DNA of 64,000 nucleotides from an uncultured Candidatus Actinomarinales bacterium (GTDB lineage Bacteria; Actinomycetota; Acidimicrobiia; Actinomarinales; Actinomarinaceae): NCBI GenBank assembly GCA_943789065.1, contig CALSSQ010000001.1, positions 188,619 to 252,618 of the forward strand, read 5' to 3'. Shown piece by piece: positions 8,441 to 16,724 of this stretch (position 1 is its first letter; each line of letters starts with the position of its first letter). The notes under the pieces were generated by a model. It saw only the letters and a program-made list of their open reading frames with translations, ran no database searches and was not told where the DNA came from. The position numbers and the translations under genes were made by a program.

Positions 8441-10435
8441 TTGTGGGTAACTTCAGATACTGATATTCCAGGAATTGACCCGACACTTACTTACACAGCA
8501 AGTTGTATTGTACCTACAACTACAACTACAACTACAACTTCAACTACAACTATACCTACAATTTCAAACGTACAAATTGCGACAACTACTACAACTACTA
8601 CAACTACAACAACTACACTGCCTCCAACAACGACTACTACTTTGAAACAGGAGATATTTAAACCATCTCTATTCGTTAACAGATCTTGTTCAGACGGTGG
8701 TGGAGCATCATTTGGAATTACAGCCCTAAATACAAATTCAACAGTGGGTGCTGATATTAGAGTAAAAGTCTGGATAGATAAAAAAAGAGTATTTTTTAAT
8801 ACCTATAAAGTAGGTGCAAATAATAATATTTTTATCACCTCTATAGGCGGTGTTCCAGAAGATTCATATTTTAAAATAAAAATTGTTTTTAGAGATGAAT
8901 TAGGAGCCCACAAAACAGTTGGTCGATTTAGTAAAATAACTAATTGTGATAATGAAATAGTTTCTACAAGAACATCAACGATTCCGGTAATGACAACAAC
9001 AACACTAGCACCACTTTTACCCACAGATCCAAGCATTGAGTCAGGAGTTACCACAACAACGCTACCTCTATTTGATCCTCCAGTTGTAGAGGTCATAGAT
9101 GAAGAATTACTAGAGTTTGAAGATCCACTTACGGGCGAAGAAGGAAATGATTTCTTCGTTTGGGATGATTTTAATGAGGACCTTTATTTTACAGATGGAA
9201 ATTATCAAATTCAGTACTTCTACGAAGAAGACAGCCTCAAGTTAGCAGCAACAGGGATAGATTTAGATTATATCCTTTTAGGCAGTTCTTTACTTCTTTT
9301 CGTAGGTTTGGCTTTATTTGTTTCATCAAGAAAAAAAAGTTTAATGTCGCAACCAGGAAATGTATCAATAGAAAATATTTATAAAAATTCATTTAAGTTA
9401 AAAACAAAACTTGAAAAAATTCTTAAAGAGAAAGTACTTATTAAGATACCCCTTAATGAAATGAATCCATACGGTATTGGCGTGGGAAGATATAACGAAA
9501 AAGTAACATCTCTAAATGCTGAATTGGAATACACACTTGTTGCGATTAGAAATTTAGAGAGAAAATACATAGAACTAGATGAGGATATAACTAAGGAAAA
9601 ATTTGAAGAGGTTTTTTCATTAATATCTAACAACTTTGAAATTGAGTTCACTGGCTCTGAACCCACTAAAGAGAGTTTCTCATCTGAAGGTGAAGTAGCT
9701 AAAAAAAGTTTTTTGAATATAAGAAAAAAACAGGTACAAAAAAAACAAACTAATAGAAATAGTGGGCTAGCTTTTGCGTCACTCTTAATTTTGGGTGGAT
9801 TGGGATTAGGCCTGTATGCTTCCCAGCAAATGTATTTAACTAATTTTCAACAACAAAATGCACAAGAATATTTAGCAACAATTTACTCTGATGATGTTGA
9901 TGGTAATGCTGATATAGATCAGGTATTCGTTCAGAAAAATAATCCGCTTCAAAGTGATATACCTGTATTCGAAAATCTTAGAGACATTCCAGGACTTACT
10001 CGAAATAATGAAGTTAAGAAATATGTACCTGATGTTTTTGGTTATCTTGAAATACCTACAATAAATCTCAAACAGTATGTAGTCTCTGGGACTGATGAGA
10101 TGAGTTTACAGTATGGTCCAGGACACTATATGCAAACAAATCTACCTGGTTCAGGAGGAAATGTTGGTATCGCAGGGCATAGAACAACTTATGGGGCACC
10201 ATTTACTAGATTAGATTTATTAGAAGTTGGAGATACTATCTTTTTAAATTTTGGTGGTAATAAATATCATTATGAAATTGATGAAAAGCTTATTGTTGAT
10301 GCAAATGAAGGTGAGTATGTTCTCTACGATAGAGGCGATGACCGTATTACTCTTACAACCTGTCATCCAAAATATTCTGCACGTCAGAGATTAGTTATTT
10401 CTGGAAAACTTTTTAAAATCGAGAGTGCTAACTAG
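8441..10435 (+). CDS. Fusion ORF: C-terminus of the cassette 2 surface protein (Thr linker, basal domain, LAATG, TM), cytoplasmic domain, TM, class E-like sortase
   Basis: LAATG at 9242-9256 plus hydrophobic helix and RKK, with no stop after it. The frame continues to GNVGIAGHRTTYGAPF (His 10178-10180) and ITLTTCHPKYSARQRLV (Cys 10361-10363). Confidence 0.88.
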   Translation: MWVTSDTDIPGIDPTLTYTASCIVPTTTTTTTTSTTTIPTISNVQIATTTTTTTTTTTTLPPTTTTTLKQEIFKPSLFVNRSCSDGGGASFGITALNTNSTVGADIRVKVWIDKKRVFFNTYKVGANNNIFITSIGGVPEDSYFKIKIVFRDELGAHKTVGRFSKITNCDNEIVSTRTSTIPVMTTTTLAPLLPTDPSIESGVTTTTLPLFDPPVVEVIDEELLEFEDPLTGEEGNDFFVWDDFNEDLYFTDGNYQIQYFYEEDSLKLAATGIDLDYILLGSSLLLFVGLALFVSSRKKSLMSQPGNVSIENIYKNSFKLKTKLEKILKEKVLIKIPLNEMNPYGIGVGRYNEKVTSLNAELEYTLVAIRNLERKYIELDEDITKEKFEEVFSLISNNFEIEFTGSEPTKESFSSEGEVAKKSFLNIRKKQVQKKQTNRNSGLAFASLLILGGLGLGLYASQQMYLTNFQQQNAQEYLATIYSDDVDGNADIDQVFVQKNNPLQSDIPVFENLRDIPGLTRNNEVKKYVPDVFGYLEIPTINLKQYVVSGTDEMSLQYGPGHYMQTNLPGSGGNVGIAGHRTTYGAPFTRLDLLEVGDTIFLNFGGNKYHYEIDEKLIVDANEGEYVLYDRGDDRITLTTCHPKYSARQRLVISGKLFKIESAN

Positions 10436-10438
10436 GAT

Positions 10439-11077
10439 ATGGATATGCAGACAGAAAAAATTGACGGTAGAAGTTTAAGAGCCCAAAAAACTTATAACGA
10501 AGTACATGAAAAATTAGTTTTTGCAGCAGTTACTTTGTATAAAAACCCTTTAATTCATGAGAGCAAAATTACTATAGCGTTGATAGCTAAAAATGCAGGA
10601 GTTTCTGTTGCAACAGCCTACAATCATTTCCCAGATAATAAATTGGATATATTAGGTTCAATTTTTAAATTAGGATTTGAAGAGGTCTCAGAGGATTACC
10701 TAAATTTTATTAAGAAAAACAATGATCCATTGGTACAACTTAATGAATTTATAACACTTGTTGCAGAAAAAATTATCGAATACGGCGATGCCGTCAGGTA
10801 TGCATTCTTTAATATTAATGAAATACTTGAAAGTGGAAAATGGATACAGGGTGAACCGTTTGATGTATGTTTAGATATTTCAATTAGATTAGCTGAGCAA
10901 ACACCAGGTCTAGATCCTTATAAATTAGCGGATGAAGTATTTACAAGTTTAAATGGGCGAATATTCCTTTGGATGCGTTACAATCCTAAATTTGATTTGT
11001 GGTCTAAATTTAATGACGAATGGTTTAGACAAGAAGTTAAACTTTTAATTGATAAGGCTTTGAAACTTCAAAAATAA
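10439..11077 (+). CDS. TetR/AcrR-family transcriptional regulator
   Basis: HTH ITIALIAKNAGVSVATAYNHFP. C-terminal S(L/F)NG...WMR...SK(F/Y)xDEWF is shared with 3832-4470. Confidence 0.85.
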   Translation: MDMQTEKIDGRSLRAQKTYNEVHEKLVFAAVTLYKNPLIHESKITIALIAKNAGVSVATAYNHFPDNKLDILGSIFKLGFEEVSEDYLNFIKKNNDPLVQLNEFITLVAEKIIEYGDAVRYAFFNINEILESGKWIQGEPFDVCLDISIRLAEQTPGLDPYKLADEVFTSLNGRIFLWMRYNPKFDLWSKFNDEWFRQEVKLLIDKALKLQK

Positions 11078-11080
11078 TAT

Positions 11081-12517
11081 ATGAAGAAGTTATTAATAAT
11101 ATTTTCTTTCTGTTTATTTTTTAATGCCACATTAGATGAAAGTAATATAGACATTGAATTATCGATTACAGACACTAAAACATTTGAAATATCATGGTCA
11201 GTAAATATTCAAGACTACGAAGAATTAATACTTAAGATAAACCACAATGGCACAATAGAACAGTTTCAAATCCCTACTTCCGCTGGAAGCATTGAGATGT
11301 GTTGTTATTCTGACGAAGTAGAGGTAACAATTCTTGTACTAGTCACTACATCTATTGAGCTAGATCCAGAAGAGTGCCCAGCTGTTAACTGCTATGATTT
11401 TATAGAAGAAACATACTTCAACACAAAAAAACTATCTTTTCCAGCAATAACTACAACAACTTCTACTACTACAACAACTCCCACTACAACTACTACTATT
11501 CCTCCAGTAGCAGTAGAAGAAAAAGTAGATTTTTTAAATATCGAAATTACTAATGCATTAATTACATCTATTCCCTTATTTGATGACATTGACTTAACTG
11601 ACCAGGAAAAAAATAGTATGGCAGTTATAGTCTCTACGTCCATCATTATTCTTTTTTATATTGTCTTATTACTTCAAGAATGGTTCAACAAGATTTTATC
11701 GGAAAATAATATTAGGTGGTTTAAATCCGATAAGGAATTTGTTAAAAGTAGTAAATTAAAAAATATTCTTAAGATTTTTTTCGTGTTGATTTTGACCTCG
11801 TTTCTTGTTGGCTATGTTGAGGAAGGCGCAAGTATTTCAATTGACCTAGAGAATGTTGCAATATTTATTGCAGCTTTTGTTGGCTTAGCATCAGTAACAC
11901 TATTTTCAGAAGGAACAGAGGGATTTATTGAAAGTAAGTATTTAAAACAAAAAGTGAAAATTAAGTGGGCTCCACAAGCTATATTCTTTGCAATGGTTTC
12001 AACCGTATCATTCATATATTTCAATATGCCGATAGGTTTTATTTTTGGATTTGTAGCTAGTAGTTACATAATTTCTCATCGCTCTACTGCAAAAATTTCT
12101 CCAAAATTTTTCTCCTCAATTTCACTGAGTCTTGCAGGTTTTGGGTTCTTTTACTTAACCTCAACTGAATTTGTTCTAAACTCTACAGTTATTACCGCAA
12201 TAGCTTCGCTGTCTTACTTGATGTGCTTGGAAGGGGTATTATTCAAGTCTCTTCCTGGAGGAGGAAATGAATTATTTGAATCATTAAATGACTCACAAGG
12301 AGTCTATAAAATATTACCATTAGGGTCATTCCTAGTTGGAGTATGGCTTTTTATAAGAATTTTAATCATATCTCCTGAAAGTGAATTTGCTAATTTTCAA
12401 CAAGACATACTTGGTATGGGATCATTTTCAATAACATTTGCCATAATGCTATTAATTTATATACTTGGTATTCTTATTCTTGGTTTTGGAGTAAAAGTAT
12501 TCTCAGACGATGAATAA
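11081..12517 (+). CDS. Multi-pass membrane protein with N-terminal secreted Cys-containing domain and Thr linker (tentatively FGLLP-motif membrane protein-like)
   Basis: Signal-like N-terminus, CxxxxCY motif, T-rich linker, about 9-10 hydrophobic segments, EGVLFKSLPGGGNELF. Paralogue of 29629-31253. Confidence 0.7.
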   Translation: MKKLLIIFSFCLFFNATLDESNIDIELSITDTKTFEISWSVNIQDYEELILKINHNGTIEQFQIPTSAGSIEMCCYSDEVEVTILVLVTTSIELDPEECPAVNCYDFIEETYFNTKKLSFPAITTTTSTTTTTPTTTTTIPPVAVEEKVDFLNIEITNALITSIPLFDDIDLTDQEKNSMAVIVSTSIIILFYIVLLLQEWFNKILSENNIRWFKSDKEFVKSSKLKNILKIFFVLILTSFLVGYVEEGASISIDLENVAIFIAAFVGLASVTLFSEGTEGFIESKYLKQKVKIKWAPQAIFFAMVSTVSFIYFNMPIGFIFGFVASSYIISHRSTAKISPKFFSSISLSLAGFGFFYLTSTEFVLNSTVITAIASLSYLMCLEGVLFKSLPGGGNELFESLNDSQGVYKILPLGSFLVGVWLFIRILIISPESEFANFQQDILGMGSFSITFAIMLLIYILGILILGFGVKVFSDDE

Positions 12518-13433
12518 CAAATACATATTTTCATTTTTAGTGATTCTTACTGCAGTTTCTTTATTATTACTCAACGACCAAACTTCAGATTCATCAACAG
12601 TTCCAGATACTACGACAACCACAACAGTTCCAGATACTACGACAACCACAACAGTTCCAGATACTACGACAACCACAACAGTTCCAGATACTACGACAAC
12701 CACAACAGTTCCAGATACTACGACAACCACAACAGTTCCAGATACTACGACAACCACAACAGTTCCAGATACTACGACAACCACAACAGTTCCAGATACT
12801 ACGACAACCACAACAGTTCCAGATACTACGACAACCACAACAGTTCCAATAAATATCTCCGAAGACGAAGAATCTGTTCAGATAGTCGAAGAAGAGAAGG
12901 TCAACGAACAGCTACTCTACGAAGGGCCATATTTATCATTCGCAGGATTTGAAGGCTCTAATCAAAGATTGCTTGATGAACTAGTAGCTGCTTTGCCAGC
13001 AGAATTAAAAGGAGTAATTAAAAATAAGATATTATTCATTAACGGTTGTCATCAATATGCTCTCTCTGTTGTCTCTAGATGTCCCTACGGTGTATGGGAC
13101 TCTTCAGGAACTTATCCTGACGGAACCAAAGGCGCAGAGTGGACCCTTTCAATATGGATTTCAGATAGAGCATTTACTGCTGGAGAGCAAAGAGATGTAT
13201 TGATTCATGAATCAGCCCATGCTTTATCATATTTAACCAGGAATTGTAATACTGAAAATAATACAAGTTTTAGAAAAGACGCATGGGATTATTTTGGAAA
13301 TGAAGAGCAATTTGCTGATGCGCTGGTACTTTATTTTGGAGGTTCATATAACCACTACAGGCTCTCAGGAGATCTTACTAATGAGGAAACGAATTATATT
13401 TCAAATTACATAGATACTTGTAGCGAAGGATAA
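12510..13433 (+). CDS. Membrane-anchored, Thr-stalked HExxH zinc metalloprotease-like protein
   Basis: N-terminal TM, (VPDTTTTTT)x9 stalk, HESAH at 13206-13220, downstream EEQFADA, four Cys conserved with 31243-32121. Confidence 0.75.
   Translation: MNNKYIFSFLVILTAVSLLLLNDQTSDSSTVPDTTTTTTVPDTTTTTTVPDTTTTTTVPDTTTTTTVPDTTTTTTVPDTTTTTTVPDTTTTTTVPDTTTTTTVPDTTTTTTVPINISEDEESVQIVEEEKVNEQLLYEGPYLSFAGFEGSNQRLLDELVAALPAELKGVIKNKILFINGCHQYALSVVSRCPYGVWDSSGTYPDGTKGAEWTLSIWISDRAFTAGEQRDVLIHESAHALSYLTRNCNTENNTSFRKDAWDYFGNEEQFADALVLYFGGSYNHYRLSGDLTNEETNYISNYIDTCSEG
12597..12848 (+). repeat. Perfect 27-bp tandem repeat, 9 units plus a partial (in-frame VNTR)
   Basis: Unit acagttccagatactacgacaaccaca; all synonymous positions identical. 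Confidence 0.97.
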
Positions 13434-13642
13434 TTTTCTATATGTTATCAATTAGAGGAAATTGTAAATAATACTATAGCTTTAAACTAATTCCTTTATT
13501 AATACCCAGCATTGTTATTTTAAAGCCAACATACAGTAACAAAACCACTTAAAGAATTTTTCATGGAAAGAACAGTTATAAGTTTATTTTAAAAAAATAT
13601 TTTGTCTTAGAAAACATTAGAAGTAATCTTTTGATTTATTGA

Positions 13643-15712
13643 CTAATTTATTGAACCCGAACTTGTGAGTTTTAACACAAAAGAGTCAGACGAAGATCCA
13701 GCAATGTTTCCAGTACCAAAATCTGTGTTTTCACCTGTTAATCCAACTGTATACACACTTCCATCAGTGTCTACTGTTAAGTCAATTGAGATGTCATAAT
13801 ATGAAGTACTGGCTGCAGTACTACCATAAGTTTTAATCCACTGAAGAGAGCCAGAACTATTGAGCTTTAATATATAGATATCCTCTTCACCAGTAGAGGT
13901 TACGTCTCCATCTCCAAAATCAACAGTGTTGCTGAAGTATCCTGTAGTTAAAATATTGTTAGATGAGTCTGCTGCTATTCCGTAACCTTCTTGTGAGGTT
14001 TGACCACTATAAGTTTGTACCCAATCAAATGAACCAGTTGAGTCAAGTTTAAGAACTAATGCAGAGACGCCATCTGTAGAGGTTACGTCCCCTCCACCAA
14101 AATTAACAGTATTGCTGAAGTATCCTGTAGTTAAAACATTGTCAGAAGAATCGATTGCAATTGCGCTTAATTCATCGACCCCAGTTCCACCAGCAGTATA
14201 TACCCATTGAAAGCTTCCATCTGAATCAAGTTTTACGACAAACATATCATTGCTGCCATTTGAAGTAACATCTCCACCTCCAAAATCTGCTGTATTATTA
14301 AAATATCCAGTCGTATATGTGTTTCCAGAGGAATCGGTTGTTATACGATTCGCGTCATCATTACCTGAGCTCAAAACATTGTATACCCATTGAAAATTTC
14401 CATCAGTATCAAGTTTAAGAACAAATATATCTTTTCCATTTGAACTTACTGCACCACCACCAAAATCAACCACTGTATCAAAAATACCAGTTATATAAAC
14501 ATTTCCAGACGAATCAACATCGATACCTCTTCCTGAATCATATTTAAGATAAGATGATGATGTTCCATAAACTGTACCCCCAGCCGTATAGACCCATTGA
14601 AAATTTCCATCTGAATCGAGTTTTACAACAAAGATATCATCAGAATTACCAGCTGAAGTTACATTTCCGCTTCCAAAGTTAACAGTATTATTGAATGCAC
14701 CAGTAATATATGAATTTCCAGATGAATCAGTTACGATGTCAAATGGCCTATCATTACCACTTCCACCAGCAGTATATACCCATTGAAAGCTTCCATCTGA
14801 ATCAAGTTTTACAACAAATATGTCACTGCCACCATTTGAAGTAACATCTCCACCTCCAAAATCTGCTGTACTACTAAAATATCCAGTCGTATATGCATTT
14901 TTTAAACTATCTACTGAGATACCTTTAATTCCGCTAGGGTCGAACGTTGTAACATAACCAGTAGGTGGCGGAACTGTAGTTGTAGTTGTTGGTGTTGGAG
15001 GATTTGGATTTATAGTCAAAACATAGCCTGACTCTAAAGCATCTTGTTCATTTCTACAGGACATAACTGTATTTGCTTCTCCTGAAATTGTATAAAGAGT
15101 ATAGGGTTGAAAACTTTCATCATCACAAGTCACAGGCACTGTAGTAGTAGTAGTTGTTACAGGAACTGTAGTTGTAGTAGTTGTCACAGGAACTGTAGTT
15201 GTAGTTACAGGCACTGTAGTTGTAGTTGTCACAGGAACTGTAGTAGTTGTAGAAAGTGTGATCGTAGTTGTTGTCACAGGTACTGTAGTTGTAGTAGTCA
15301 CAGGTTCTGTAGTTGTAGTTGAATTATCTGAATCAGTAAATAATGGAGGTGTTGTTTTGGAATCCGTTATTTGAACTTCATCAATATCTTCATTTATTAC
15401 TAACTCATCTGTGACATTTAATACTTCTTCGGAAGAAATTTGATCTTCAACTTCACTGCTTGTGTCAGAAGAATTAGAGATAAAATAGAATGCTACCCCA
15501 ACCAGTAACACTGTAACAACAAACCTAGGTAAAATTTTCTTTAATAGAAAACCAGATTTTTTATTGTTTTCAAAATACTTAATAATCTGTTGCGCATCTT
15601 CTTCACTAATAACTGATAAATCTGAGGTGAACTCAATATTCAACACTTGAGCGGCTTCTAATACTTTTTTAGAAGATATTTTCAACTTTTTTGACAAGTC
15701 AATTAATTTCAT
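13643..15712 (-). CDS. Membrane-anchored beta-propeller (SBBP-type repeat) surface protein with Pro/Thr stalk and IF2_N-like N-terminus
   Basis: Likely start ATG at 15712 (MKLIDLSKKL). TM FVVTVLLVGVAFYFI, PVTTTT stalk, repeated FVVKLDSDGxFQWVYTAGG...DSSGNxYxTGxF..DFG blades; 14185-14319 and 14761-14895 are near-identical at DNA level. Confidence 0.8.
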   Translation of the reverse strand: MKLIDLSKKLKISSKKVLEAAQVLNIEFTSDLSVISEEDAQQIIKYFENNKKSGFLLKKILPRFVVTVLLVGVAFYFISNSSDTSSEVEDQISSEEVLNVTDELVINEDIDEVQITDSKTTPPLFTDSDNSTTTTEPVTTTTTVPVTTTTITLSTTTTVPVTTTTTVPVTTTTVPVTTTTTTVPVTTTTTTVPVTCDDESFQPYTLYTISGEANTVMSCRNEQDALESGYVLTINPNPPTPTTTTTVPPPTGYVTTFDPSGIKGISVDSLKNAYTTGYFSSTADFGGGDVTSNGGSDIFVVKLDSDGSFQWVYTAGGSGNDRPFDIVTDSSGNSYITGAFNNTVNFGSGNVTSAGNSDDIFVVKLDSDGNFQWVYTAGGTVYGTSSSYLKYDSGRGIDVDSSGNVYITGIFDTVVDFGGGAVSSNGKDIFVLKLDTDGNFQWVYNVLSSGNDDANRITTDSSGNTYTTGYFNNTADFGGGDVTSNGSNDMFVVKLDSDGSFQWVYTAGGTGVDELSAIAIDSSDNVLTTGYFSNTVNFGGGDVTSTDGVSALVLKLDSTGSFDWVQTYSGQTSQEGYGIAADSSNNILTTGYFSNTVDFGDGDVTSTGEEDIYILKLNSSGSLQWIKTYGSTAASTSYYDISIDLTVDTDGSVYTVGLTGENTDFGTGNIAGSSSDSFVLKLTSSGSIN

Positions 15713-15856
15713 AAATCCTAGTTTAGATGGAAATAATTCTAAGTAACAATATTTTGAAATTATAAATAGTAAATATTGGTTTGATGCAGAAACTAACACG
15801 CATATTAAACTGGCTATCAATCAATTATCTGCTCGATATAAAGAAATTCTTATCTC

Positions 15857-15901
15857 TGAAATCCAGGTTTTGAAAGATGTCATCCCTTTCAAAAGATTTC
15901 A
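15857..15901. promoter_or_regulatory. Extended inverted repeat in divergent intergenic region
   Basis: TGAAATC-cagg-TTTTGAAAG-atgtcatcc-CTTTCAAAA-GATTTCA: 9-bp perfect inner arms and 7-bp outer arms. Confidence 0.4.
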
Positions 15902-16011
15902 ATAGTGAGGGACAATTTATAGCTTTAAAAATTAAGTGGACTTCGTTGAAAATGTAAATAATGAATATTTTTATTTTATTTTTTTTATTAATTTTAATGT
16001 AAAATTTAATT

Positions 16012-16626
16012 ATGACTGAGTTACAAGACGGTAGAGCTGCACGTCAGCAAACAATTTATGATGAAAATAAAATGAAACTCATCGAAACAGCTATAGATGT
16101 AATTAATGAGATTGGCGATATTAATGAGGTTACCTTATCAACGATTGCAAAAGCTGCAGGAGTTTCACCAGCAACAGCTTACAATCACTTTCCAGATAGG
16201 ATGACTGATCTTTACTCATCTATTGTTAAATCAAAATTGGATGTTCGAGAATTTATCATGAGTATGTCCGCTGACACAACACTTATGGATACAATCAAAC
16301 AAATTCCACACATTTATGCAAAGCAAATAGTAGCTCTTGGTTATACGGGTCAAGTGCTTGTCACACAAATGGGACATTTACAAGCTAATAATAAGTGGCT
16401 AGAAGATAATCCAGTATCAGTGGTGAAAAATTTATTAACTCAAGAGGGCACGTACAACAAAGAAGCTGAAGAAATAGCTGAAAAGGTTGTTACTACATTT
16501 AGGGGAGCGATGTTTGAGTATTCATTACATAGAGATAAACTTGATAATCAATATAGTCCTTACACCTCTAAAAGATTTTTAGAAAAATGCTCTTCAATAG
16601 TTGAAGACGTTCTCAAGCAGCACTAA
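16012..16626 (+). CDS. TetR/AcrR-family transcriptional regulator (possibly leaderless)
   Basis: HTH VTLSTIAKAAGVSPATAYNHFP; TAAAAT at 16000-16005, 6 nt before the ATG, and no RBS. Confidence 0.85.
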   Translation: MTELQDGRAARQQTIYDENKMKLIETAIDVINEIGDINEVTLSTIAKAAGVSPATAYNHFPDRMTDLYSSIVKSKLDVREFIMSMSADTTLMDTIKQIPHIYAKQIVALGYTGQVLVTQMGHLQANNKWLEDNPVSVVKNLLTQEGTYNKEAEEIAEKVVTTFRGAMFEYSLHRDKLDNQYSPYTSKRFLEKCSSIVEDVLKQH

Positions 16627-16724
16627 TTTTTTTTTAAAATAAGCTTTGCTTTAAATCGATTCTAGTTAAACTAATCTTAAGTTAATTGGAATAATTTCCA
16701 TTAAAAAATATATAGTTGGGCTAT

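Noticed and set aside
12503-12838. Minus-strand ORF of (VVVVVSGT)n, and similar poly-Val ORFs at 31341-31541, 11392-11646, 8803-9096 and 1801-2103
   Set aside because: Antisense shadows of Thr-rich ACN codon runs.
12597-12848. 27-bp direct repeats as a CRISPR array
   Set aside because: Units are head-to-tail with no spacers, in frame inside a CDS, and no cas genes are present.
15713-15820. Longer start for the beta-propeller protein
   Set aside because: The extra 36 codons look like translated AT-rich intergenic DNA; the recognisable domain starts at Met 15712.
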